A DNA stretch of 64,000 nucleotides from Candidatus Hydrogenedentota bacterium (lineage in GTDB: Bacteria > Hydrogenedentota > Hydrogenedentia > Hydrogenedentales > SLHB01): the NCBI GenBank assembly GCA_963668025.2, contig CAXXTH010000018.1:513763-577762 (forward strand), read 5' to 3'. Positions within the stretch are counted from its first letter, which is position 1. Every line of letters starts with the position of its first letter. The notes under the pieces are model-generated. The model saw only the letters and a program-made list of their open reading frames with translations. It was not told the DNA's origin and ran no database searches. The translations under genes and the position numbers were made by a program. Positions 10,801-21,690 of this stretch are shown here, piece by piece.

Positions 10801-11277
10801 GATGGCGACAAACGTGGTTCCATTCAGGATGCCATTTCCCCAAGACAGGCGGCTTTCGGGCAGGATCTCGGGCAAAATGCCATATTTCGCCGGGCTAAAG
10901 AAAGCGCTCTGTAAAAACATGAGCGCCAGCATGCCATAGATAAAGTAGGGATCTTCCGATAAAAAGGCCATCAGCCCTAAAATCATCACCCCCACTTCCC
11001 AAACTTTGGTGCCAATACAGACGCCGCGCTTGCTGAAGCGATCCGAAAAAGCCCCTGCTATCCCGGGAACCACAAGATAGGCCAATGCGATTAACACCAC
11101 CGTAAAACTAGTGACGAGCATCGTGGTGTGCTCGTCGCCGCCCAGTTTTCCACATATGAAAAAGACAATCAGAAACCGGTATAGATTGTCATTGAACGCG
11201 CCTTGAAACTGGGTGGCGATTAGCGCCCAAAATCCCTTCTGGCGCTCCCTGCCCATCGTTTCTCCGGTAATTTCCAT
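7840..11277 (-). CDS. aas: MFS + acyltransferase + acyl-ACP synthetase fusion (Aas/LplT type)
   Basis: TQFQGAFNDN, SPAKYGILPE, ANHMSYID, FAEGQITRTG, IIFSSGSEGEPKG, YGTTE, DRLSRFSKIGGEM. Start after AGGAG. Confidence 0.9.
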   Translation of the reverse strand: MEITGETMGRERQKGFWALIATQFQGAFNDNLYRFLIVFFICGKLGGDEHTTMLVTSFTVVLIALAYLVVPGIAGAFSDRFSKRGVCIGTKVWEVGVMILGLMAFLSEDPYFIYGMLALMFLQSAFFSPAKYGILPEILPESRLSWGNGILNGTTFVAIIAGQFLAGPLYAQIPPGGFSMAMLSIGLIVLSGMGLAASFFITKTPAANPAQRIPFNPWAGLGRHFRMYYSNRVLWLMMLGATFFWMSGAILQVGLISHAKDTLQAGEMGVSLHLVSLLAGIALGSAAAGFISRGKIELGLIPIGLLGMAAAGLLLGWPGFGFRSAMALLGVLGFFGGFFDVPVMAYIQHRTPAGMRGGIIATLNVATNVGILLGGGLGLAFGKAHLSTYAVFFFVGLMTIAVAVYLFYAYPYFFLRSLFWLIFNTVYRIHVRGRANVPEEGGALFVANHMSYIDAPFIAASTDRQVRFLMSSELLESHPWMRPLARIGEAITVSPHDSPKNLVEALRAARKAIQEGHVVCVFAEGQITRTGQMLPFQKGFEKIMKGVNAPIIPICLDRLWGSLFSFSEGRVLWKMPRQIPFPVSVSYGEAMPPDSPAVEVRNRIREIGTDTWLERKLHQPILHRAFVRNARLHLSRRCMADATTPVLSYGKALIASVIFARKLNVLLGDESAVGVLVPPSVGGVITNIALQLMGKVPVNLNYTAANSAIASAVRQCGIRQVITSKRVLEKLTQLEVPGETLFLEDIKASVRINDKLLAMLMAFLLPVRLLEKAVGRKKRPLPDDVAAIIFSSGSEGEPKGVPLTQFNMSSNIESILQVFPHDKDECMVGILPFFHSFGLTVSLWLTMCSGWSAVYHPSPLEAKAVGQLIYKYHATFLVAAPTFLQNFVRRCLPEELSSIRHALTGAEKLSPRLREAFRAKFGIEPLEGYGTTECSPVVSVNLPDYRAPGFFQVGVKNGTIGQPIPGVSVRVVDPDTGKLLPPNEPGMLLVRGPNVMKGYLGLPEKTAEVMKDGWYRTGDIAKVDEEGFITITDRLSRFSKIGGEMAPHAKIEETMHQLLGLSDMSMAVTGVPDAIKGEHLVVIHTLDEEQLEVLFTKLDTCDLPRLWVPRSSSFYRVAEIPVLGTGKMNLRAIKDLARMLDINGD

Positions 11278-11363
11278 TGCTGCTTCTCCTAAATTGCCTA
11301 TCCCCTGACAGTAAGCGAAAACACCGGCATGGCCCCTCAGCCCAGCCGACGGCGTCTTATGCT

Positions 11364-11834
11364 CTACACTTCCATCATTTGTTCGCGCACCTTTTCCATA
11401 ACACGAATCAATTGGCGGCATTCCGCCTCGCCCACGGCTTCCATGATCCGGTGAATTGCGGCGCGGTATTCCGGCTCCACTTCCGCGATGAGCACTTCAC
11501 CGGCTGGCGTTAGGCAAACATGGTTGACCCGCCGGTTTCCCACTACAGCTTTGCGCTCGATAAATCCTTTCCCTTCAAGGCGATCCAGGACCGAAGTCAC
11601 GGTCGCGCGGGTCACTACTAAACACCGGCTCAAATCGGATTGCGTCAATTCATGGCTGCGGTATTTAAGCGACAGCAGCACATTAAATTGCGCCAGTGTA
11701 AGGTCGAAATGCCGGAACAGGCCCGCACCTATGGTTTCTAGCGACGACGCCGTGCGCATGATATTCAGCACCGCCTCATGATAAAGATCCTGAAACGGAA
11801 GATCGATACCCAATTCCTGATTAAGCCTCACCAT
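11364..11834 (-). CDS. MarR family transcriptional regulator
   Basis: LTLAQFNVL, TQSDLS, VTSVLDRLEGKGFIER, RRV..V.LTPAG. Confidence 0.9.
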   Translation of the reverse strand: MVRLNQELGIDLPFQDLYHEAVLNIMRTASSLETIGAGLFRHFDLTLAQFNVLLSLKYRSHELTQSDLSRCLVVTRATVTSVLDRLEGKGFIERKAVVGNRRVNHVCLTPAGEVLIAEVEPEYRAAIHRIMEAVGEAECRQLIRVMEKVREQMMEV

Positions 11835-11950
11835 ATCCACATCCTTCTTTAGAGAAAGCACAGCCCTCGCCCCAAAGGAAACCATCACGTTACGAAGGCA
11901 AAGAATATCATATTTCCACCTATTTCCGTCTCGTTCCCTGGGGCCTCGCT

Positions 11951-11997
11951 GTTAGATTCTAACTATACCGTACACTAATAAACCTTTAGATGTCAAC
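11951..11997 (-). promoter_or_regulatory. marR promoter with palindromic operator
   Basis: Minus-strand TTGACA (11991-11996), 18 nt, TACGGT. Palindrome GTTAGATTCTAAC (11951-11963) and a degenerate copy overlapping the -35. Confidence 0.55.
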
Positions 11998-12282
11998 CCT
12001 TCCTGCTCGTAACTCATCCTATGGTGCGTTCTATGTATGCGATCTTGGAAATCCATCGGTTTGCGTGGAGTAACCGGCTCAGTGAAGACCTTGAAGAGGC
12101 GGGTTTGCACGTCCAACCTCCCGTTGGATTGGATGAGCAAAAGATCGTTCACGAATAATCGCTTAGTTGCGCATGATGCTCGCAGCAGAGCTATTCGCCA
12201 GGCCCCTCATCAACCCGTGCCATTTTACGTGAAGTGGAAGGTGGGCTGCGCCGAGGCTGAAGCGCCATAGCAACGCATTGCC

Positions 12283-14348
12283 CTACCAGAGCCAGACATA
12301 AAGTGAAATAGTCACTAGCGCCAAGACCGCCCACTGCAATCTCCAGTCTTTCCAGCCTTCGAACGGTGCAAGCCGCTCCCAACAAACGGTGGTGCGGGCC
12401 AGTTTTTCTTCAGATGTCTTGCGCGTAACGAATGAAACCAGAAACAAGACCAATGTAATGAGAGCAGTTCCCCACAAGCCACGATAGGTGTAGTTTTCCG
12501 TCAGGGGCAGGTGTAGGCATGGCCATACACGCATGCCCCACTCACGTCCCATCAACTGATCGGTGACGAACACACCAGCCAGCATAACACCTATGGCGAA
12601 AGACCAGACTGCCCCGGTGAACGTAACACGCCGACTCATAATGCCAAAGAAGATTGCTGGCGTAAGCGGCATCACGAGGAAAAGCGAAACGGTCTGCAGA
12701 TATTTGTATAAGCCCTCTGGCGTCATCGCAATAGGATAGGTCGCCAATATGCCACAGGCGGTTCCAAGTACGATAGCCAGCCGGCCAATTCGCACTTGAG
12801 CGCGTTCGCTAGTGTGCGGGCGAAGCCGGACCACATAATCTTTCGTCACCAGTGTGGATATGGAGTTCATCATGGAGAGTAATGAGGAGATCATCGCCGC
12901 CAGCAGAGCAGCCAAGACAAGGCCACGCAGGCCCGTGGGAAGCAACTCGTTGAGTAATGTAACGAAAGTGATTTTGGCTTCATGCCCGGGAAACAACGCC
13001 AACGCGATTACGCCGGGAAGGGCGAAGATGAAGACCGGAGTCAACTTGAGTAGTACAGTAAAAAACCACGCCCAGAGGACGTGGCTTTGCTTTGGCCACT
13101 CAGAGAGTGGCTGAGTGCTTGCACCCAGAGGATGCAAGCGTGGGTTGTGTTCCGCAACGCCGCTTGGTTCAATACTTCATTTTTAGCTATTCATCGTGAC
13201 GTTCCGTTTCTTCCTGGAACTTCACGTACTTGCTGCCCACATAACGTTTGGATACAGGTGTAAACCTCCTTGCCCACCGGTCCCGTCAAAACCCGGTAGC
13301 AATATTTGGGAGCCCATACCATGTGATATTGGCAATACCATATCGCATATGATGATTTGCGGAAACGACTCATTGGCATCTCCTTTTCGGTGTTGCGGAA
13401 CAACACGAGTGTAGGAGATGCCGATGGGCTTAAACAGGCTGAGCCAAAGGCCCTATGACCACGTCCAAAGGACGTGGGTTTTTAGGTCGCACTAAACATT
13501 GCGCCCCAGCGGGCCTCTCGCAGATTGGGTGCTCCCAGCATTCGTTGCACGTTGACCTGGTCCATTCCCCAGTAGAAGATTCCGCCATAAATAGAACCAG
13601 CAATAATGCCCCAGAAGGGGTAATTGGGATCATCATAGGCTTTGGCGATGTGGACCGCTTGAGGAACTTGCGTCACGAGTCCTTGCCAGCCGCCTACTCT
13701 CTCTAGCCCTATCCACAACATGCCGCCACAGCCGACTAACATTATTAGGGTTTGGATGGCGTCGGTAAAAGCCACGGTGGCAAAGCCTCCGATGATGGTC
13801 ACAGCGGAAGCAAGCAGGCCGATCAGGGTGACTGTCACCATGATAAGGCACAGAACATGAGGGTCGGTCAAACTGCCATCTACTCCACTCAGGCCGATTA
13901 GCACCAAGGCGCCAGCATACAAAGTAAATGCCATCTTTGTAACGACGCAAATGAATAGCATTAGTGTGGTAAAGAAAAAGCGCGCAACACAATTATAACG
14001 CAGTTCCAGAAACTCAGGGATGGTAAACACCTTGTTACGGATATATGCTGGCAGAAGCACCGCGCAAGCCACGCCAAGACAGATGGCAGTGGTCAGCTCG
14101 ACCGTTCCCGCTGAAAGCCCATAGCGGTAGGCATCGCCGGACAAACCGACCAAGTGTTCGGCGCCGATGTTCGTGGCAAACAACGAGGCGCCCACAATCG
14201 GCCAGGAAAGACGGCGTCCGGCGAGAAAAAAGCTCTCGCTGTCTGCGGCGCCCCCCATCCTACGGGACAGAATCAAACCGCTGAGCAGGCTTGCGAAGAT
14301 AGCCAACGTACAAACAACCCAATCCAACGCGGTCATTGAAATAGCCAT
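12283..14348 (-). pseudogene. Sodium:solute symporter (SSS) interrupted by an IS200-derived element
   Basis: FFLAGR, SLFATNIGAEHLVGL, TIPEFLELRY, DQVNVQRML in the 5' part; LLKLTPVFIFALPG in the 3' part. Removing 13058-13491 restores one 543-aa frame (...GAMFS VLLK...). Confidence 0.9.
13058..13491 (-). mobile_element. Non-autonomous IS200/IS605-family element (434 bp, internally deleted tnpA)
   Basis: Subterminal hairpins CCACGTCCTTTGGACGTGG and CCACGTCCTCTGGGCGTGG. TnpA N-terminus (YHMVWAPKY.YRVL) joined out of frame to the C-terminus (KYVKFQEE). No target-site duplication. Confidence 0.88.
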
Positions 14349-14584
14349 GGTACGGACTCCATTGTGCGGTTTCATAGGCGTTAGCACTCGCCGCAGATAC
14401 TCAGCCACAGCAACTCCCCAGTATGGCGAATTGCTTTAAAAAAGCACTTTACGGTTTGTATCGCTCATATTGGCACTTAATGGAAGATAATTCAAGTTTT
14501 TATGATTGAATATGGTCAGTATACTTGCTAAACTAAGGGGAGAATGATGAACATGCAGAACATCAGAGAAGGAGTTAATACATC

Positions 14585-15385
14585 GTGGAGCTTGGCAAAA
14601 GCATTAGACTCGAGCGGCTGTTCTCTCACCCCTCCAAACGGCTCTGCTCGGTGGCAATTGATCATTTCATCGGATATGAAAAAGGATTACCATGTGGACT
14701 AACGCATCTGGGCCGCACATTGGAACAAATCATGGCAGGTGCGCCTGATGCGGTAACAATGAGCAAAGGGGTCGCAAAAAGCCTGTGGGGCCCCTATGCG
14801 GGGTGCGTACCGCTCATTATCAGCGCCGTCCAGTTTCGGGTTGACGACAGCTACCTCGAGTGCGTCGCCACTCCAGAGGAAGTGCTATGCTTGGGAGGCG
14901 ATGCTATTGCAATCGCCATCGGCGTGCGCGGCCCGCGGGAAGGCAGCTATATCAAGCTCCTCTCCGATGCAGTGGAACAAGCCAGTAGGATCAGCTTACC
15001 CGTAATGGCTCACATCTACCCACGTGACTACACCGGTTCCACTCCGTGTATCGTGCATGATCCGGAAAACATCATGTGGGCCGTACGTTGCGGCATCGAG
15101 TCCGGCGCCGATGTCATTAAAGTGCCTTACACTGGCGACGTCGCGTCTTTTCGCGATATTGTAGCTTCCTCGCCGGTGCCCGTCGTGGCAGCCGGCGGCC
15201 CAAAGGCTCAATCATTAGAGGAAGCCATCGCGATGATGAGACAGGTGGTGGAAGCCGGCGCACGCGGTGCCACCATCGGACGCAACATCTGGGGATGGCC
15301 TAATATCACCCAGAATCTGTTGGCCTTCAAGGCAGCAATTCATGATGTAAAGGACACCGTGGAATACGACTCGACGTCAACCTGA
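14585..15385 (+). CDS. Class I aldolase, DhnA/FbaB/LsrF family
   Basis: VAIDH, GADVIKVPYTG (Schiff-base Lys), PVVAAGGPK, GATIGRNIW. Confidence 0.88.
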   Translation: MELGKSIRLERLFSHPSKRLCSVAIDHFIGYEKGLPCGLTHLGRTLEQIMAGAPDAVTMSKGVAKSLWGPYAGCVPLIISAVQFRVDDSYLECVATPEEVLCLGGDAIAIAIGVRGPREGSYIKLLSDAVEQASRISLPVMAHIYPRDYTGSTPCIVHDPENIMWAVRCGIESGADVIKVPYTGDVASFRDIVASSPVPVVAAGGPKAQSLEEAIAMMRQVVEAGARGATIGRNIWGWPNITQNLLAFKAAIHDVKDTVEYDSTST

Positions 15386-15406
15386 AGGAGCAATTGGATA
15401 CATATC

Positions 15407-16186
15407 ATGCGAGTCAAAGATGTAAAACGCCTTAACGAAATGCTGGAATGGATCAACCAAGAAGGCTACGCGAGTGTCGAGCAGTTGAGCCAACATTTTG
15501 GCGTTTCGCTGGCTACGGTTCGGCGTGACTTGCTCGATCTGGAAAAGAGCGACGGCGTTTATCGCACCCATGGCGGCGTCTACGCGCAGACCCTCAAGCT
15601 ACTAAATTCGGTCACGCGTGATCAGATCAACCACGCCGAAAAATCGGCCATTGCACGCAAGGCAGTCGAATCGCTCAAGCCCGGCGATACCATCTTTCTG
15701 GATCCCGGTAGTTCGATCGAGCAATTGGCGCTCCAGATCCGCGAGACCTTTAATCACGAGCCATTGACCGTTATCACTTCTGGACATAGAGCCTTTCTGC
15801 ACCTATTTGAATTGCCCGAGATCCACCTGATTCTCCTCGGCGGCCACTACTATCCCGAAACGCAATCATTCGCTGGACCGATCACCATGCGGGCGGTGTC
15901 CGAACTCATGATCGACAAGTATTTTATGGCTACCATAGGCATTGTTCCCCGTTTCGGCCTCACCGATTCTTCGGAGGCGGATTGCGAGGTCAAGCGCCAG
16001 GTGCTCGAACGCGCCCAGGAGGTTATCCTGCTGGCCGACTCCTCCAAGTTTCATACGCGTGGCCTGTTTCTGACCTGTCCGCTGGGCAAAGTTCATCAAT
16101 TGATCACCGACGAGGGCCTATCCGCTAAAGATAAAACGATGGTCCGAGAAGCAGGTTTAGTTTTGACGATTGCTTCACTGGAGTGA
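15407..16186 (+). CDS. DeoR/GlpR family regulator
   Basis: FGVSLATVRRDL..LE, RTHGG, EKSAIA, IFLDPGS, LADSSKF. Confidence 0.93.
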   Translation: MRVKDVKRLNEMLEWINQEGYASVEQLSQHFGVSLATVRRDLLDLEKSDGVYRTHGGVYAQTLKLLNSVTRDQINHAEKSAIARKAVESLKPGDTIFLDPGSSIEQLALQIRETFNHEPLTVITSGHRAFLHLFELPEIHLILLGGHYYPETQSFAGPITMRAVSELMIDKYFMATIGIVPRFGLTDSSEADCEVKRQVLERAQEVILLADSSKFHTRGLFLTCPLGKVHQLITDEGLSAKDKTMVREAGLVLTIASLE

Positions 16187-16257
16187 TTTTGAAACGCCCG
16201 TCGTAATGATTAATGTCTCTGGCGGTGTGTATGGCCAAGATGGATGGCTCAGAAGCG

Positions 16258-17175
16258 ATGTGTGATCTGTTAAGTTTTGGCATTGCAGCAGTGGACGAGT
16301 TGATCACGCTCGAAACCTTTCCCTCTCCGGGCAGCAAAATAAGGATACAGCCGCCGGTGCGGCAGGGGGGAGGCCTGGCGGCAACCGCCTTGGTCACTGC
16401 CGCTCGATTGGGCTGCCGCTGTGTATATGCGGGCAAACTTGGTATAAACGAACCTTCCGAATATATCCGCCGTATTCTGCTCCAAGAGGGGATCGAAATC
16501 CACTCTCCTCAAGGATATCCGGAAGCCCGCCCGTATCAGTCGTACATCTGGGTGGAGGCCTCAACCGGTGAGCGTACGATTTTATACAGCGCGCCAGGAG
16601 TGCATGGAGTGGAACCGGAGGATGTGGATGAGACGCTTGTGGCGGGAGCGCGGATGGTATTGGTGGATCAATCAGGCCCGCGAGGAACGTTGGAGATCTG
16701 CCGCTTGGCCAAAGCGCATGGCATTCCGATTGTCGCGGATCTTGATCGAGTAGATCACGAAGACTTGCGGCAGATCATCCACTATACGGATCATCTGATC
16801 CTTTCTGCGCACATCGCGCGAGAACTGTCTGAGATTGAGGATTTGGTTCAAGCGGTCTGCTATTTGGCTTATCCCAAACGTGCCTGCACCGCAGTGACCG
16901 ATGGCGCCCGAGGATGCTGGTTTATCACGGAAGGCGATGTTGAGCGCGTTCAGCACCAGTCGGCGTTCGAGGTGAAGGTGTGTGATACAACCGGCTGCGG
17001 CGATGTGTTTCATGGCGCTTATTGCGCCGCTCTACTATCGGGTGAAAATGTGGCGAATGCCATGCGTTTTGCGGCGGCTGTCGCGGCGCTTAAAGCGACA
17101 TCTTTCGGAGGACAGGCGGGGATTCCTGACCGGCGGACCGTCGAAGGGTTTCTGGCGGGAGCGATAGAGGCATGA
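16258..17175 (+). CDS. PfkB family carbohydrate kinase
   Basis: GGGLAATALVTAARLG, TDGARG, DTTGCGDVFHGAY. Alternative start at 16213. Confidence 0.9.
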   Translation: MCDLLSFGIAAVDELITLETFPSPGSKIRIQPPVRQGGGLAATALVTAARLGCRCVYAGKLGINEPSEYIRRILLQEGIEIHSPQGYPEARPYQSYIWVEASTGERTILYSAPGVHGVEPEDVDETLVAGARMVLVDQSGPRGTLEICRLAKAHGIPIVADLDRVDHEDLRQIIHYTDHLILSAHIARELSEIEDLVQAVCYLAYPKRACTAVTDGARGCWFITEGDVERVQHQSAFEVKVCDTTGCGDVFHGAYCAALLSGENVANAMRFAAAVAALKATSFGGQAGIPDRRTVEGFLAGAIEA

Positions 17176-17236
17176 CGCTTATAGACCGGAAGGCGTTTAA
17201 ATCATCCATCACAATAGCGGCTATGGATCAAAGGGA

Positions 17237-18595
17237 ATGTGTATGATGCAAATGGATGAATTGGCCTCCACGCTCGAGGCAAGGTTACATGAATTCCCTT
17301 GGCTGGATGCGCATACCCATCTGGTGGGAGGCAAACTGGGCGCCCGGGGCTTACATGATATCGTCCTTTATCATATGGCGGTGAGTGAACTCTATAGCGC
17401 GGGCTGTCCCTCCGGGGCCAGACTCACGCAATTTCCCGGCTGGCCCGATCAGGAGGAATGTCATGGGCGTATCTGCGAAGCGTTACCCTACTTCGCTCGC
17501 GTCAGGGGAACTTCAATTTCATGGGGTGTCCGCATTATCCTAAAAGACTTATATGGGTGGGATGCCCCTATATCCGCTGAAAACTGGCGTAAGCTGGATG
17601 AAACCATTCGTGAAAGGGCCGATAACGGTAAATGGCATCGTGAGATTTTACGCCGGGCGGGCGTTCAACGCTGCTGCACCGAACTCGCGCGTTCCGGGGG
17701 CGGCGTAGATGCTGATATCCTAGGATACGCCCTGGAATGGGGCTTTTTTACCCGGTGTCAATGGGGAGAATTCGACACCTCCTTGTATGAGCTGGAGCGT
17801 TGTTGGGGCAAGATGCCTGAGTCGTCTGCTCCTATTGGTGGTAAAGCCCGTCCTGCGACAGAAAGAACCATCCGAAATCTCGATGATGTGCGTGAAGCCA
17901 TCCAGTGGTATGTCGAACATATCCCTGCAGAGCGGGTTTCCGCGGTGGCGACGCACCTTTCTACGGATATTCAATATCGGGAGATACAAGACGAGGAAAT
18001 GGCGTCAGCGCTTCTGAACCGTGACTACGCGGGATTGGCTGAACGAGACATATATGCGTCGTATATACAAGAAGCTTATCTAGCGGCGCTGGAGCGTAGA
18101 CACGGTGAAGACATTGTGTTTCAGTTTAGTTTTGGCGCAGAACCGTTGCCGTATGAGACAGGAAGCCGTATTAATCAAGAGACACTGACGCAGCTCGCGG
18201 AAATGCTGGGCCGCCATCCCGGCTTATCGTTCCAATGCTTCTTGTCGAGTACACATGCCAACCAATCCATGTGTACTTTGTGCCGGGAGTTCCAAAATCT
18301 GTCGCTGGCCGGATACTGGTGGCACAACTTTTTCCCTTCCATCATGGAGCATGTCATGTCGGAACGGCTTGACATGCTTCCATTAAATCGCCAAATTGGA
18401 TTTTTCTCAGACGCCTATTGCGTAGAATGGGTGTATGCCAAGGCGGCAATGGTGCGCAAAACTCTTGCCCGGATACTCGCTTCTAAAATCGAATTGGGGC
18501 AATATGATGTAGAATTGGCTCTGTCTGTTGCTCGGGAAATCCTTTGTGAATCCGCCCTGCCTCTGTTTCGCCCGATGGATGCCAAACCGCATTGA
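17237..18595 (+). CDS. Amidohydrolase-fold protein, uronate isomerase-like
   Basis: DAHTH metal motif, ILKDLYG, GYWWHNFFP, FFSDAY..EW.YAK. Confidence 0.7.
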   Translation: MCMMQMDELASTLEARLHEFPWLDAHTHLVGGKLGARGLHDIVLYHMAVSELYSAGCPSGARLTQFPGWPDQEECHGRICEALPYFARVRGTSISWGVRIILKDLYGWDAPISAENWRKLDETIRERADNGKWHREILRRAGVQRCCTELARSGGGVDADILGYALEWGFFTRCQWGEFDTSLYELERCWGKMPESSAPIGGKARPATERTIRNLDDVREAIQWYVEHIPAERVSAVATHLSTDIQYREIQDEEMASALLNRDYAGLAERDIYASYIQEAYLAALERRHGEDIVFQFSFGAEPLPYETGSRINQETLTQLAEMLGRHPGLSFQCFLSSTHANQSMCTLCREFQNLSLAGYWWHNFFPSIMEHVMSERLDMLPLNRQIGFFSDAYCVEWVYAKAAMVRKTLARILASKIELGQYDVELALSVAREILCESALPLFRPMDAKPH

Positions 18596-19008
18596 ATCAG
18601 AGCAACTTATACCTAGTCTTGATCAATCTCTCCAGTGATAGCCTTTTGCTCTCTCCAAATGAGGCGCCTCTCCCTGTTTTTCGGAGTCATTTGGCGCTTG
18701 ATGGTAGCGTTTCGCTTCAATTTATCCATATTGCGCGAGCGGATCGTGTTAATGATTTATAAAAAAGGTTTAGATTTATATAGAGCACTTTTAATGAGGT
18801 TTAATTTTTTATTTTGATTGAATTTCGCTTTTATTGATGTTATTCTTTCATTATAAAGTTGGGTGAACGTTCCAGGGATTGGCATCGATGGAGATATAGG
18901 TTCCCTGTTTTTAGCAAACGTTTTCCGTGGCCTCCAAAGCGCTCAAATCGATGACTGTAAGGAGTGTTCATATCAATGGTGGGTAATCAAGAACGGAGGA
19001 ATACTCTG

Positions 19009-20106
19009 ATGAGAGGGTATTGGCGGGAAAAGGGATTCACACTCATAGAACTCCTCGTCGTTATTGCAATCATCGCGATTCTGGCAGCCATTCTACTACC
19101 CGCATTGGCGCGGGCGCGGGAGGCGGCTCGCCGGGCCTCGTGTTCGAGCAATCTCAAGCAGTGGGGCTTGATTCACACGATGTACGCGAACGAAGCAAAG
19201 GGTAATTATCTGCCTCCGATGGGGCCGTTTGTATATAAAATGGACGAATCGCCCAATTCTGGCACGTATTACTCCATGTCTATTAATGGTTCAACGATCT
19301 ACCCGGATTATTGGAATGATACCAGCATCGCCATATGCCCTTCGGATTCCCGCGCGGGAATGAGTTATGTGGGAGTAGAGGAGGATTTCCCTGCCCAGAT
19401 CACCAAGGCGGCGCGTGCGTATTCGGAAAATTCGACTGCATATAACAAAGGTTGCCGCGACCTCCTGCTGTCGCTGCCGGTCTCCTATCTGTATTTCGGG
19501 TATATGGCCTCCAGCCTTGGGGAATGGGCGGTATTTGGGCAGTTACGGTGTAATTATTTGAATTATCACCTGAACTATGCCTCGCCAAGGGAAGTGGCCA
19601 ATTATTCTGGCATTCCGGGAGACATATGTAAAACGATATGGGCGGAAACCACATCCGATTTCCAGAATGAGGATCTCACACGAGGCGAAATCTTCCCCAA
19701 AAACACCTGCTGGGATGGTTATTCCTGGTGTCGGGATGAATATGGAAACAGCATCGATAGAGACGTTTGGCCAACCATTCATCGCCTTCGACAGGGGATT
19801 GAACGCTTCACAATTACCGATATCAATAATCCCGCAGCGAGTTCCACCGGCCAAAGCGGCATCGTGGTCATGTTTGATGCCTGGGGAGGAGCCAATACGA
19901 TACACAATTGGAATGGTTTTGTGCATGACAAAGCCATTCATAACTTCAACCATATACCCGGCGGCTCGAATGTGCTGTATATGGACGGCCATGTAAGCTT
20001 TCAAAGGTACAGCGACGATAAATTCCCCTGCGGAAAAGGCACGGATGAAAACAGCAATTCAAACGTGCCAGCAGTGGTGGGCCACTTGTACGGCGGCGTC
20101 GGCTGA
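19009..20106 (+). CDS. DUF1559 prepilin-type N-terminal cleavage protein with H-X9-DG C-terminal motif
   Basis: [38 protein letters not shown]; [16 protein letters not shown]; RBS GGAGG. Confidence 0.92.
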   Translation: MRGYWREKGFTLIELLVVIAIIAILAAILLPALARAREAARRASCSSNLKQWGLIHTMYANEAKGNYLPPMGPFVYKMDESPNSGTYYSMSINGSTIYPDYWNDTSIAICPSDSRAGMSYVGVEEDFPAQITKAARAYSENSTAYNKGCRDLLLSLPVSYLYFGYMASSLGEWAVFGQLRCNYLNYHLNYASPREVANYSGIPGDICKTIWAETTSDFQNEDLTRGEIFPKNTCWDGYSWCRDEYGNSIDRDVWPTIHRLRQGIERFTITDINNPAASSTGQSGIVVMFDAWGGANTIHNWNGFVHDKAIHNFNHIPGGSNVLYMDGHVSFQRYSDDKFPCGKGTDENSNSNVPAVVGHLYGGVG

Positions 20107-20211
20107 GTGGCTGTTCTGTAGAGGATTTTGAAGCAACACGTGTTTATTAGTGCTCTGGCAAAATGGATCTCACAACTTTTTGTGCGATGAACGATGAAAG
20201 GGGGCGTTATC

Positions 20212-21528
20212 ATGAAGAAAACAAGAGTTATGTGGATGGCCTTAGCGTCTGTGTTCGCGGTGGCTTGGGCTCAAGCGGCGACGGTCTATGTGTCGAAGTC
20301 TTACCCACAGAACGCGGCGCGGGGCGGTGATGTATTTGAAACTCCCTATATGGGTTTCGCCAGATACATCGCCGATTCCTATTCTACGGATCTGAATGTA
20401 ACCGATGAGATCATCATCGAAGATAGTTCGCTTTACCATGCGGATGAGCCCGACGGTAATTTCCACATGGGTAATGGGCCTGTTTACCTGCATGCCGTGG
20501 AAGGGCAACGACCGGTTTTGCAGGCGAGCGCGGATGCGACAGCGGACTCCACCTACGGGAACTGTTGTGTCATTAATTTTTCGTATCCAACAGGAACCGT
20601 GGTTGAGGGAATTACGTTTGTTTCTCATCAGGTTTTTAATCCAGATGCGTATAACAACGCCATGTTGATATTTGGCAATTGGAGCAGTTCGTTTGAAGCG
20701 CCTATTGTGCGAGACTGCATCTTCATTAGTACGGAGGGAATGAATTGCATCACATACGCCAGCGGCGGCATTGCGGGGATTGACGCCGTAGAGATTGATC
20801 ATTGCGCGTTTTACATTTCCTACGATGTAGATAAATCCGCCATGCCGTTGCGCTATAACGGCACAGGGACAGATGTTTGGGACGCCGATCACTGTTCATT
20901 TGTCATGAGTAATGGCGTGTATGTCGGAGTGGATTTCCCATTTCTGAATATCACGAACAGCATTGTCACGAATGCACAGGAATGGGGCGCATTCACCAGT
21001 CCGCAGAACAATCTGATTGATCGTTGCTTTATCTCCAATATTGGGAGCTGGAGCGGTGTGTTTCCTAATCCTGACACGAATATCCCAGCAGAGCATAATG
21101 GCAATGTCTTCGCTGATCCCAAATGGGCGGGAGATCCATCGACAGGTGATTTTTTGATGCAAGCGGATTCGCCTTGTGTTTTCAATGGGGCCAATAATAT
21201 CGGTTACGACATTTGGACTGGCGCTTCCAGCCTTGTGGAAGTGCCGGATGTGTCGGCCATGTCAGAATCCGCGGCCGTCACCGCGCTGGAAGAAGCTGGA
21301 TTTATCGTGACAGTCCAGTATGAATCCAATGATTCGATCCCGGCGGGCAGCGCCGTCCGTACGGAACCCGGGGCCGGTGAGGAACTGGATTCGGGTTCGG
21401 CTGTTACGCTGGTTGTTTCCACAGGGGCTTCGGGCTCGAATTTGCCCTTGTCAACCCTATTGGGCTTAACGCTATTAGGGGGGGCGATATGCCTGGGCGG
21501 TATTGCATGCGCCTATCGCCGCGGCTGA
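20212..21528 (+). CDS. Secreted beta-helix-like protein with PASTA domain and C-terminal membrane anchor
   Basis: Signal peptide; DP...GDF.MQADSPC; PASTA VEVPDV..MSESAA...LEEAGF...V.LVVSTG; tail LPLSTLLGLTLLGGAICLGG...RRG. Confidence 0.8.
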   Translation: MKKTRVMWMALASVFAVAWAQAATVYVSKSYPQNAARGGDVFETPYMGFARYIADSYSTDLNVTDEIIIEDSSLYHADEPDGNFHMGNGPVYLHAVEGQRPVLQASADATADSTYGNCCVINFSYPTGTVVEGITFVSHQVFNPDAYNNAMLIFGNWSSSFEAPIVRDCIFISTEGMNCITYASGGIAGIDAVEIDHCAFYISYDVDKSAMPLRYNGTGTDVWDADHCSFVMSNGVYVGVDFPFLNITNSIVTNAQEWGAFTSPQNNLIDRCFISNIGSWSGVFPNPDTNIPAEHNGNVFADPKWAGDPSTGDFLMQADSPCVFNGANNIGYDIWTGASSLVEVPDVSAMSESAAVTALEEAGFIVTVQYESNDSIPAGSAVRTEPGAGEELDSGSAVTLVVSTGASGSNLPLSTLLGLTLLGGAICLGGIACAYRRG

Positions 21529-21690
21529 TTGCATATCCGTCCTGCCACAAGATGGCCGTCGTTTTCCTCTGCCGGCGGCCATCAGTGCTATATAATGACA
21601 TGGCCAAAGTTTTCCATGCTCGATTCATAGATTGCTTTCATTCCATGTATCAATATAGACAACAGTAACCGTAACATAAGGAAGAGCAAG

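Noticed and set aside
12020-12158. 45-aa ORF MVRSMYAILEIH... in the marR/SSS intergenic region
   Set aside because: No clear RBS and no recognisable motif; cannot be supported.
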